Part shown: in pieces, positions 37,840-48,166 of the stretch
Numbering within the stretch: the first letter of the stretch is position 1
Layout of the letters: each line of letters starts with the position of its first letter
Assembly: GCF_036971445.1 (NCBI RefSeq)
Contig: NC_091472.1
Location: 250,480,001 to 250,544,000 of the forward strand
Source: Narcine bancroftii
Taxonomy: Eukaryota
DNA length: 64,000 nt
Reading direction: 5' to 3'
Position numbers and translations under genes: made by a program
Notes under the pieces: generated by a model
Database searches by the model: none
The model's input: only the letters and a program-made list of their open reading frames with translations
Told to the model about the DNA's origin: nothing

Positions 37840-39086
37840 CTAGAAAAAAGAGTGGGAACAATTATTGTCAAAGAAAACCAAAATTAATCACAGAATCACT
37901 TTAAAATAAATAAGCTCCATGAATGCAGCTTATCTCTTAGGAGTTTTATATTAAGCACTTATTGTTATGAAATCTGCCCCGCCCTCAACCATTTCTGAAG
38001 GAAATTTCATATGCTGAATGTTCAAAGCCAATAAACATTCCACCATCACAAGGAGATATTCAATAAAGTTGGGAATTTTCAATTCTATTTACAAATCCCT
38101 GCATTAGAATCCAAACCTGTAAGTAGCCAGTCTTTGGTCTGCCAAGTGAGAAGAAACAGTTGAAGGACACAACTGTTTTGCAATAATAATACTCAATGAG
38201 ATAGTTTTACTACTTACATCTGGCATTCAAGCCAGTAGAATAAATACATTAATAAGGGGAAAGGGGAGGCGAGTCATCATTGATACAAATCCAAACCATG
38301 ACAAAAATACCAAACTCTATCCAGGTAATCCACAGAAGGTGAGAAATTTCTAACTCCCTAAACTTTATTCATCAATGATAAGGCACAGACATAATGAAAT
38401 TCTCTCCACTAATGAGAAGTAGAGTTCAAAAACCACTCAAGAAACTGGATACTATCCTGGACCAACTTGCATGACAAGCAAATCATCCACTATCCCCAGG
38501 CTTTAGTTTTATGTCGGAGAAAGTCCAGATTCTGGTGAGGGGAAATTTAGAAAGCTGAAAAGAAAGGACAAAAATATGGTGCAGGGACTCATTTAAGGAC
38601 TCTTGCTTTTGGCACTCCATTGATTTTTTTCTCTCTCTGTATTGCACAATTTATTTAAATTTCTTTATTTGTTTATATATACACAGTGTGTACAGTTTTG
38701 TTTTGCACTACCAATAAGTGGTAATTCTGCCTTGTCAGCAGGAAAAAGCATCTCAGGATTATATGTGATGTCATGTATGTACTCTGACAATAAATATGAA
38801 ACTGAAAAATGGGTAATGTTAACACAAACCTGTCAGTGAAGGGCTGTGCATACAAATGAAGAAGTAATTATTCACTGAATTGAAGCAAGGGGTAAAAGGT
38901 GAACTGAAAATAGTAGAATGTGCAAATGAATGAATACAACATTATAAAACTCATATGTGAATTAACACAAGTAGAAATAAATGAGTATGATCTAATAACC
39001 ATTTCAGAGATGTAGCTTTTAAGTGACCAGGGCTGGCAATTACATTTTCTGAGATGCTTTACAAATCAAAATTAAAGAATGGAATA

Positions 39087-39290
39087 AAGGTGAAGGTTCC
39101 ATTATTATCACATAACACTACATTTAGAATGTAACGTACATGAAATTCTTTAACATTTGTCTACCGCAAGGCAGACAGAGAGTCGCCACCATGTCCAGTG
39201 CCCTGGTGTTCCCAGGCAGTCTCCCCTCCAAGTAATGTGCCTGCTTAGCTTCCAAGATCAGATAATCCCAGGCATATTCAGGCTATTAGG
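39087..39290 (-). mobile_element. 5S rRNA-derived SINE (SINE3-like): 5S head at ~39283-39201 plus a LINE-like tail
   Basis: Minus strand reads cctgaatatgcc..tctgatcttggaagctaagcagg..tacttggaggggagactgcctgggaacaccagg, colinear with vertebrate 5S rRNA but with an internal deletion; an unrelated ~110-nt tail follows, ending in accttcacctt. Confidence 0.75.
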
Positions 39291-40677
39291 TGCATAAAAG
39301 CTTTAGAAAAGAAGGATTTTGATTCTACTTATTGATTTTCAGTACCAATTTAGTTGGAGATAAGGAAGATCAAAAGCCACCAAATAGTTCTGGTTGTTGT
39401 ATTACAGCCTCAACAGATCATAATCCAGATCATAATCCAAATTAGGATCCAATGGAATTGTTTATTGTCACGTGTACTAAGAAAGCAATTTTGCATGGTA
39501 ACCAGGCATCAAGTACAGCAGATAGAGCAATAATAAAACACAGTGTAGGGTATTGTGTTACTAAGACAAGTGCAGGATATAGAGGAAAGTATTGGTACAC
39601 AGTCCAAGGACATCATATTTTTAGCAATAAGAGGTGCATTCAAGAGTTTATTAACAGCAGGATAAAAAAAAGTGAAGGAAAATAAATTAGAGATCCATAT
39701 AACAAAGGTAATATAATCATGGGTGACTTCAGTCTATATATAGAATGGCCAAACCAAATCAGCTGTAATAGAGTTGAGTATAATATGGTAATGGTAGTAG
39801 AGTACAACATAAAAGAACGTGATTTAGTTTAATCTGAATCCAGAATGAAACCTAAATAAAGCTACAAAAACAATGCATTGATTATGGTAGATAAGGGAAC
39901 TTAAAAGATACAATAATAATCTAGCTAGGGTAACTTTTCAAATATTTAATATAAAGTTTGCAATACTTTAAAGCAAAAAAAAAACACAAGAAAGGTGGTC
40001 TAACATATCTGTCCTTATTGCAAAAGGATTAGAATTTGGAACAGAATGTGGTAAGTCACCCTGAAGTATTACAAGCCTTTTATTTAAGGAACACAGCACT
40101 AGTAGTCTAGAAAAGATTCACAAGGTTAATTTTGGGATGGGATATTTATCCTAGCACACGAGCCAAAATAGTTGGAGCTTTATTCATTTTAGTTTAAATA
40201 AATAAAGGACAATCTTATTAAAATTCGAAGGAAGCATGACAGGGGAGATATTTTCCATTAGTGGGAGAATCTCAAATGGGGAGATGGTTACAAGAAAGAG
40301 CAGTAATTTAAAACTGAGGTGCATATGAATTGTTTCTCACAGATGGTGGTTTTGCATTTACACAGATGATTTTGGATGTTAGATCACTGGAGATGCTTAA
40401 AGATTAAGAATAATTCTTGGACACTTGGAGAATTAAGGCCAATGAGGCAATGAGGCCAAGGGCGTATCAGCCATAACTATACTCAGTATCAGAATATGCT
40501 TGTAAAGCCTGATGCCCATGCTCCTGCTATTTGTGTTCTTATGTTAGGGTTTATAATGTTGCCAAAAGAAAGAGAAAATCTGAGAATTGGGAAAATGATT
40601 GACTTTGATAAGAAAAGAGAAAGTACAAAAGCTTCAACAAATATATAGAAAGCACAATGAATATCCAGGATTAATTA

Positions 40678-40920
40678 GGGTAGCATGGTTGGCATAGTGT
40701 TTAGCACAACATCATTACCATGCCAGCAATCAGGACCAGGGTTTGAATCCCGCGCTGTCTGTAAGGAGTTTGTACATTCTCCCAGTGTCTGCTTGGGTTT
40801 TCCCTGCAGGCTCCGGTTTCCTTCCACTGGTCGAAATGTACTGGGGGTCGTAGGTTAATTGGGCGTAATTGGACAGCACAAAATGACCTGCTACTGTGCT
40901 ACATGTCTGAATTTTAAAAA
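40678..40920 (+). mobile_element. tRNA-derived V-SINE (HE1-like)
   Basis: A box tggcatagtgtttag, B box ggtttgaatcc, V-domain-like tgtaaggagtttgtacattctcc..ggctccggtttccttccac. Confidence 0.8.
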
Positions 40921-41484
40921 TGTGGATTGTCACAAACTGGAGAGGGAAAAGTTGTGTGAAGAATACACAAATGGCAATGAAATCGAACAAATATTTTGTG
41001 TCTGGTTCCACAAAAGACAGAAAACATCCTGGAAATAAAGGAATCTATTGGTCAGTGAAGAATTAAAGATATTAGGAAGAGTAAAATAAAATTGTAACAG
41101 ATCAAAGTCAGAACAGACAGCAAAGAAACAAGCCCTTCGGCCATCTGTTCATGCTGACTGAGACCTATTTTCCAGCATTTGGTCCATTTTACCTGCAGTA
41201 CCATCCCCTTTGGCAACTCTCTCCATATACCTTATGAAAAAAGAGACTCCTTTTAAATATTTTTCTTCTTACTTTAAACATATATCCCCTAGAGACTCCT
41301 CTATCTTTGGAAAAAGAACCATGTTCTGAAGGAATCTGAGGTTCAAATTCTTAAGTAGAATTTTCATATTGCGTCTTCTAAATTTTATCTTTGAGAAATA
41401 TATTGTATTCCATTTTTCTGAACAGTACTATCAATTTATAAAAAACTGTGGAGTGTCATCATGATTATAATAGAATCTTTTTTA

Positions 41485-41712
41485 AAAAATAACTTACAGC
41501 AATGGTAACAGGCCCTTCCATCCTATGCCACCCAATTATATTCTATTGGCCTACAATCCTGGTACATTTTGAAGGGTGGGAGGAAACCAGAGCACCCGGA
41601 ATAAACTCACAGAGACACAGGGAGAATGTACAAACTCCTTCCAGACAGCGCAGGCTTCGAACCCCGATCGCTGGCGCTGCAACTACATTGCGCTAACCAC
41701 TAACCGTGCTGC
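41485..41712 (-). mobile_element. tRNA-derived V-SINE (HE1-like)
   Basis: Inverted homolog of 40678-40920; ends about 40 nt from the ASDURF exon 2 donor. Confidence 0.8.
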
Positions 41713-41753
41713 TCTTCAAGTATAAACCCAAGATTTGCATCACATTAACTTAC

Positions 41754-41807
41754 CCGATTTTTCTTCAGATTGGAAAGTTCATCAATGAGAATAACTTGTT
41801 CTTTTAT
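41754..41807 (-). CDS. ASDURF: ASDURF exon 2
   Basis: tttttacag| [18 protein letters not shown] |gtaagt, compared with recalled human [18 protein letters not shown]; 54 nt, phase 0-0. Confidence 0.93.
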
Positions 41808-42469
41808 CTGTAAAAACAAAATTACATTGGACACTGGAATGGCAAATATAAACAAATTGAAGTTGTCTGTTTTTTATGATTTATCTTGGGTAATTTAAAA
41901 GGAGCTTGTTTGCCTAATAATATTTGGCAAAGACACAATGGCCCAGAATTTCATAGCAGCAATAACCCACTTGTGGCACAATTAACCGAATTGTCAAAAT
42001 ACTAAGTTACGGTATGTGAAATTCTTCTCTCTTCCTAAAAGGATTTCATCTCCATTTAAAAGGTGGAATTTCTGCAACATATTATGCTTATATTTTAAAC
42101 ACAAATATTCATGCAATATCCTAAACCTGAGAAACCAATTTGTCCTCTGCTTCATTAACTACCTACAAGCCTACAAGGTAAGGCTCCTCAACAATTCCTC
42201 TGCTTCATTAATAACTGCTTAGGTGCTGCCCCATATATCATTATGAGCTTGATAAATTTATCTACTTTGCTGCCAACTTCCATCCCACCGCAAATTCTCC
42301 TGGACCATTTCCAGGAACATTCGTTTCCCTTCTCGATTTCTCAAGTCTCCATCTCGGGAAACAAACTCTTGACAGACTTTTTTTTAAACAAACCCACCAA
42401 CTCCCATAGCTACGTCGATTACGTTGGATGAACAACACCTCATATTTCATCTGGGCACCCTCTATCAGT

Positions 42470-43670
42470 CAAGACAGAGCTTAAAAAGAGAGGTGCCAGA
42501 GATCAGGACATACAGAAGGTGGTCGTGGGAGGCAGAAAAACAGTTACAGGACTGCCTTGAGTCAGTGGATTAGGGAGGGATCAAGAACTCAGCTGAGGAT
42601 CTGAATGATTACTCCATGCAGACTTTATCAAAACAATGTAGACGACTGTGCATCCACAAAATCATTTAAGGTTTTCCCTAACTACAAGTCCAGGATGAAC
42701 AATGAAATCTGGACCTTGCTGAGAACCAAATACAAGCATTTAATTCCCGAGATTCCTAACACTACACCAGGAGCAGGTACGTCCTATGAAAAGCCATCTC
42801 CCACCCTTTTGGATAGAATTAGCATTTTTAGACTAGGTTATGAAAGTCAAATTTCCTCAAGATCCAATGATTTTCTTGCTAGAAAACGTTTCTGAGATTA
42901 GGCCAAAATTAAAACTTAACATGTTTCAAAAGAAATTTCTGAAAATTGCATTGCCAGTTGCAAGGAAACCTATAGCAGTCTCATGGAAATTAATTTAAAT
43001 TTGGGAATAGATAGCTGGCATGATGAAATTCATAGTTGTATACCTCTTGAAAAAAATTACATACAATTTAAGAAATAAATATGGTAATTTTAAAAATATT
43101 TGGTGCCTATACTTACACACTGTAGATATTACACTTTGAAAATATTCCCTAAACCTCAAACCTTATCAACTTCTTTGTGAATTTGATTGAATTTACTGTA
43201 ATTTTTGTAACCAGATATCTTTCTTTTTTTTCTTACTTTTTCTTTCTTTCTATAATTCTTTCTCTTTATGTTATTGGGCTTATTATTATTTTGGGGGAGG
43301 ATATGGGGGAACAAAAAATACTATGTATTGTTATTGTTTATATAATAATGTAGGATTTTTCTGTATTTGGACACTAATATGTATGAAATTTAAATAAAAT
43401 TTTCAAAAATAAAGAAAAGCCATCTCCTGGGAAATTCTGGATGAGAATGGAAACAATCAAGGATACCTGTCAGCTGCAGCAGGGCCTAAATGACATAACC
43501 TGCTGCAAAACCAAATCCAGTGTAGTAGGAAACAGTCAAGCTTCACTCCCAGATGCACTTAATGCCTTCTACACCTGATGTAACCACCAGAACAAGGAAG
43601 AACCATTACACAACCCTATGTCCTGTGATAATCCTCTACTGTCAATATCTGAGGATGATGTGCGGGCGGC
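42470..43670 (+). mobile_element. Rex1-like fragment interrupted by an L1 3' end (42802-43413)
   Basis: 14-bp TSD GAAAAGCCATCTCC at 42788-42801 and 43414-43427 flanks an A-tailed L1-like piece; the outer parts match 34230-34710. Confidence 0.7.
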
Positions 43671-43802
43671 CTTTGTCACTCATATGCACTGTGTACTGGG
43701 GGAACTACTTTTAGATCTATATTAAACAATGAATGAAGCATCATGTCTCCATGAACAGTGGTTTCTGAACATCAAATACATGACACAGCAAAGCAGTCAT
43801 CG

Positions 43803-44030
43803 ATGTAGCAGAGCGTAGCGGTTAGTGCCACACCTTTACAGTGCTAGCAATTGAGATTTGAGTCCTGCACTGTAAGGAGTTTGTATATTATCCCCATGTA
43901 TGCATGGGTTTTCTCCGGGGGTCCAGTTTTCTCACACAGTTCAAAACATACCGTGGGTGAAGGTTAATTGGATGGCATGGACTCATGGGCTGAAATGGCC
44001 CATTACTGTGCTGTATGAATAAATTAAAAT
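43803..44030 (+). mobile_element. tRNA-derived V-SINE (HE1-like)
   Basis: Homologous to 40678-40920. Confidence 0.7.
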
Positions 44031-44119
44031 TAAGGACTATACATTATTTTTTTCTTCTGTATTGCTGTTTGTTTACATTTCCCTCTTTTGTATATGCATC
44101 TTTACTCGAGTACGCTGAG

Positions 44120-44680
44120 CTTCGTTATGGTATGCTGGGCTTCATTAATCAGGGAATTGAGTTCAGGGTTTGTGAAAATATTGCAGCTCTATAAATCTTT
44201 GGTGAGACCAGTTAGAATATTGTGTTCAGTTCTGGTCACCTCATTACAGGAAAGATTGGAAGCTATGGAGAGGGTACAGAGGAGATTTTACCATGATGTT
44301 GTCTGGATTGGAAAATATGTCTTATGAGGCAAGGTTAGCTCCCCTTGGAGCAAAGAATGAGGTGACTTAATAGAGGTCTACAAAATCATGAGAGGCCTAA
44401 GGTAGATAGCACTTTTTTTTCCCCAGGGCAGGAAGAGCAAACACCAGAGGACATCTGTACAAAGTGAAGAGGTAAGTTAAAATTTTTTTTTTAATGCACC
44501 CAGAGATGAGGATGCCTTGCTGCAGTTGGTGTAGAGGTTGGAAAAATAGGAGCATTTAAGATAGGTGCATGAATGAAAGGAAAATAGAGGATCATGAAGT
44601 ATGGAGGGTTTTTTTTGAAAAAAGGTATATATGGGTCAGCATAACATCATGGGCCAAAGTGCTGTAATGTTCTATGTAGG
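44120..44680 (+). mobile_element. CR1-like LINE, 3' fragment
   Basis: LQLYKSLVRP..EYCVQFWSP..ERVQRRF..DLIEVYKIMRG remnants. Confidence 0.7.
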
Positions 44681-45343
44681 TTTTTTGCACCATCAATAAG
44701 TAGAAATTCTGCCTGGTGCACAGGAAAAATAATCTCAGGGTAGCATAGGATGTCATGTATGTACTGACAATAAATCTGAACTTTCCACTGGATTCCACTA
44801 ACATTGTCCTCCTGTTTCCTCTTCTCTATTTCTGTATTCGTCCAGCTTTTTTCTTCCCCTCGTCTCCTTTCCTTCTGCTCTGTATTCACAGAGACATCCT
44901 CTCCCCCAATCAATGCTGTCCTTTCCTCTCCTATTCCCCCTATCTATTGTCCAATTATCACCTTTCGTCTGTTGAATTGTGCTTCTCCCACCCCCACCCC
45001 TTTCTTTCCCCCTCCCCAATCCTTGATGCTCTCTATGTTTTGAAGAAGGGCTCAGGCCCGAAACGTCGGTTGTATATCTTTACCTCCTACGGAGGCTGCG
45101 AGATCTGCTGAGTTCGTCCAGTATTCTTGTTTTTCTACTTTAGACCAATTTTAACAATGATAAATTCAGAAACAAATTTCCAATGCAGGGTTTTACCTTT
45201 GAAAATTTAATCTGATGCCGCCTGATCAGTGTTTTCTGCTTTTATTTAAAATGACCCGCTTCTGCGGTTGCTTGTGGCTGTCAAAACATAATGGTGAAAT
45301 AACAAGCTTCCCAGAGAGGAATTATACTGACCAAGAGCCATAC

Positions 45344-45379
45344 CTGCTTATTCAACATTTCCTTCCTAGACGGCTCCAT
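45344..45379 (-). CDS. ASDURF: ASDURF exon 1 coding part; full microprotein 76 aa
   Basis: ATG GAG CCG...AAG CAG|gtatgg gives [12 protein letters not shown], joining IKEQ in phase 0. An in-frame TGA lies immediately 5' of the ATG, and the exon sits in a CpG-rich patch. Confidence 0.8.
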
Positions 45380-45399
45380 TCATCGAGGCCAAACAAACA

Positions 45400-45540
45400 G
45401 CTCCACTGCCTACAAATTGAGTCCATGTGAGACTCCCGGAAGTGTGTCAAGTCGCTGCGAGCAAGCGCAGTGGAGTGGATGAGGGGAGCTTTACCGCAAC
45501 AGCGCCATCGGCGATGAACAGGATGGGAGGGACGAGCTGA
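45400..45540 (-). promoter_or_regulatory. ASDURF/ASNSD1 promoter (small CpG-rich patch with an ETS/GABP site)
   Basis: CCGGAAGT at 45436-45443 and a CpG cluster directly upstream of the first exon. Confidence 0.6.
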
Positions 45541-45941
45541 AGCAGTAGAGGATCCCAGGCCAACAGAGAATGTTCATCACAGTTCATGCACACTACCAAA
45601 TTCTGTTTATCGAAAAGGGGAAACTGAGTTGTGTAAGGGATCATAAAAGGAACTCAGCGGGCGAAGGAGGCCCTGGGCTGCACATAGGACTGGTTGTGCT
45701 ATTGCAAGCCATTTGAGCAATGTGAAATTTATGTCTCTTTTAATTTAATGCAATTAGTTTACTATTGTAGATTTTCTTTATGTACCTGTTTGACTGAATT
45801 TGTGCATATATGTACATTGTATAATGTGTATGACAATAAACTCGTTATCATCAGATGCTGCTCTCTGGACCCTGATATTTCTTTACCAGCAATTCAAGAA
45901 TCTTTAGAAAATTATGGTCAATTATCTGGCTATAAGGTAAA

Positions 45942-46096
45942 TTGGATCTCCCGGAGTTTGCGCTGAAGATGGCTGCATGCGCGACGGAAGGCTTGTTTCT
46001 TCTCTGGACAGGACGGCTTTGTAAGGTGAGCCTGGTGGGCAGCTCGCCTTCCGTCGCGCATGCAGCCATCTTCAGCGCAAACTCCGGGAGATCCAA
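45942..46096. repeat. Perfect 51-bp inverted repeat with a 53-nt loop
   Basis: 45942-45992 is the exact reverse complement of 46046-46096. Confidence 0.95.
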
Positions 46097-48166
46097 AATG
46101 AGTGGTGGACTAGCCTCGCCAAACGAACACAGCTCAGCGCGGACATTGGCGACTTCAGGGGTTTCTACGAGGCTCTAAAGGCTGTGTACGGCCCCTCACC
46201 CCAAGTCCAAAGCCCGCTGCGCAGCTCAGACGGCAAAGTCCTCCTCAGCGACAAGATCTCCATCCTCAACCGATGGTCAGAACACTTCCAATCTCTTTTC
46301 AGTACCAACCGCTCAGTCCAAGATTCCGCCCTGCTCCAGCTCCCTCAACAGCCCCTAAGGCTAGAGCTGGATGAGGTTCCCACCCTGGATGAGACATATA
46401 AGGCAATCGAACAACTGAAAAGTGGCAAAGCAGCAGGTATGGATGGAATCCCCCCAGAAGTCTGGAAGGCTGGCGGCAAAACTCTGCATGCCAAACTGCA
46501 TGAGTTTTTCAAGCTTTGTTGGGACCAAGGTAAACTGCCTCAGGATCTTCGTGATGCCACCATCATCACCCTGTACAAAAACAAAGGCGAGAAATCAGAC
46601 TGCTCAAACTACAGGGGAATCACGCAGGCAAAATCTTCGCTAGGATTCTACTAAATAGAATAATACCTAGTGTCGCTGAGAATATTCTCCCAGAATCACA
46701 GTGCGGCTTTCGCGCAAACAGAGGAACCACTGACATGGTCTTTGCCCTCAGACAGCTCCAAGAAAAGTGCAGAGAACAAAACAAAGGACTCTACATCACC
46801 TTTGTTGACCTCACCAAAGCCTTCGACACCGTGAGCAGGAAAGGGCTTTGGCAAATACTAGAGCGCATCGGATGTCCCCCAAAGTTCCTCAACATGATTA
46901 TCCAACTGCACGAAAACCAACAAGGTCGGGTCAGATACAGCAATGAGCTCTCTGAACCCTTCTCCATTAACAATGGCGTGAAGCAAGGCTGTGTTCTCGC
47001 ACCAACCCTCTTTTCAATCTTCTTCAGCATGATGCTGAACCAAGCCATGAAAGACCCCAACAATGAAGACGCTGTTTACATCCGGTACCGCACGGATGGC
47101 AGTCTCTTCAATCTGAGGCGCCTGCAAGCTCACACCAAGACACAAGAGAAACTTGTCCGTGAACTACTCTTTGCAGATGATGCCGCTTTAGTTGCCCATT
47201 CAGAGCCAGCTCTTCAGCGCTTGACGTCCTGCTTTGCGGAAACTGCCAAAATGTTTGGCCTGGAAGTCAGCCTGAAGAAAACTGAGGTCCTCCATCAGCC
47301 AGCTCCCCACCATGACTACCAGCCCCCCCACATCTCCATCGGGCACACAAAACTCAAAACGGTCAACCAGTTTACCTATCTCGGCTGCACCATTTCATCA
47401 GATGCAAGGATCGACAATGAGATAGACAACAGACTCGCCAAGGCAAATAGCGCCTTTGGAAGACTACACAAAAGAGTCTGGAAAAACAACCAACTGAAAA
47501 ACCTCACAAAGATAAGCGTATACAGAGCCGTTGTCATACCCACACTCCTGTTCGGCTCCGAATCATGGGTCCTCTACCGGCACCACCTACGGCTCCTAGA
47601 ACGCTTCCACCAGCGTTGTCTCCGCTCCATCCTCAACATCCATTGGAGCGCTCACACCCCTAACGTCGAGGTACTCGAGATGGCAGAGGTCGACAGCATC
47701 GAGTCCACGCTGCTGAAGATCCAGCTGCGCTGGATGGGTCACGTCTCCAGAATGGAGGACCATCGCCTTCCCAAGATCGTATTATATGGCGAGCTCTCCA
47801 CTGGCCACCGTGACAGAGGTGCACCAAAGAAAAGGTACAAGGACTGCCTAAAGAAATCTCTTGGTGCCTGCCACATTGACCACCGCCAGTGGGCTGATAA
47901 CGCCTCAAACCGTGCATCTTGGCGCCTCACAGTTTGGCGGGCAGCAGCCTCCTTTGAAGAAGACCGCAGAGCCCACCTCACTGACAAAAGGCAAAGGAGG
48001 AAAAACCCAACACCCAACCCCAACCAACCAATTTTCCCTTGCAACCGCTGCAATCGTGTCTGCCTGTCCCGCATCGGACTGGTCAGCCACAAACGAGCCT
48101 GCAGCTGACGTGGACTTTTTTACCCCCTCCATAAATCTTCGTCCGCGAAGCCAAGCCAAAGAAAAA
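45942..48166 (+). mobile_element. Young RTE-clade LINE, 5'-truncated and 5'-inverted, with one frameshift
   Basis: ORFs 46184-46654 and 46735-48108 encode the RT (VDLTKAFDTV, GVKQGCVLAP, LFADD, YLG) and a C-terminal CxxC..H finger. A small deletion near 46624 shifts the frame. 12-bp TSD AAGGTAAATTGG at 45934-45945 and 48167-48178. Confidence 0.95.

Noticed and set aside
39201-39290. Functional 5S rRNA gene
   Set aside because: Internal deletion, many substitutions, missing termini, no T-run terminator and no tandem array.
45942-46096. Hairpin read as a MITE, miRNA gene or terminator; also the mirror ORFs 45851-46096 and 45942-46178
   Set aside because: Both arms and the loop are RTE ORF sequence inside the RTE's TSD. 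The mirror ORFs are by-products of the inversion.
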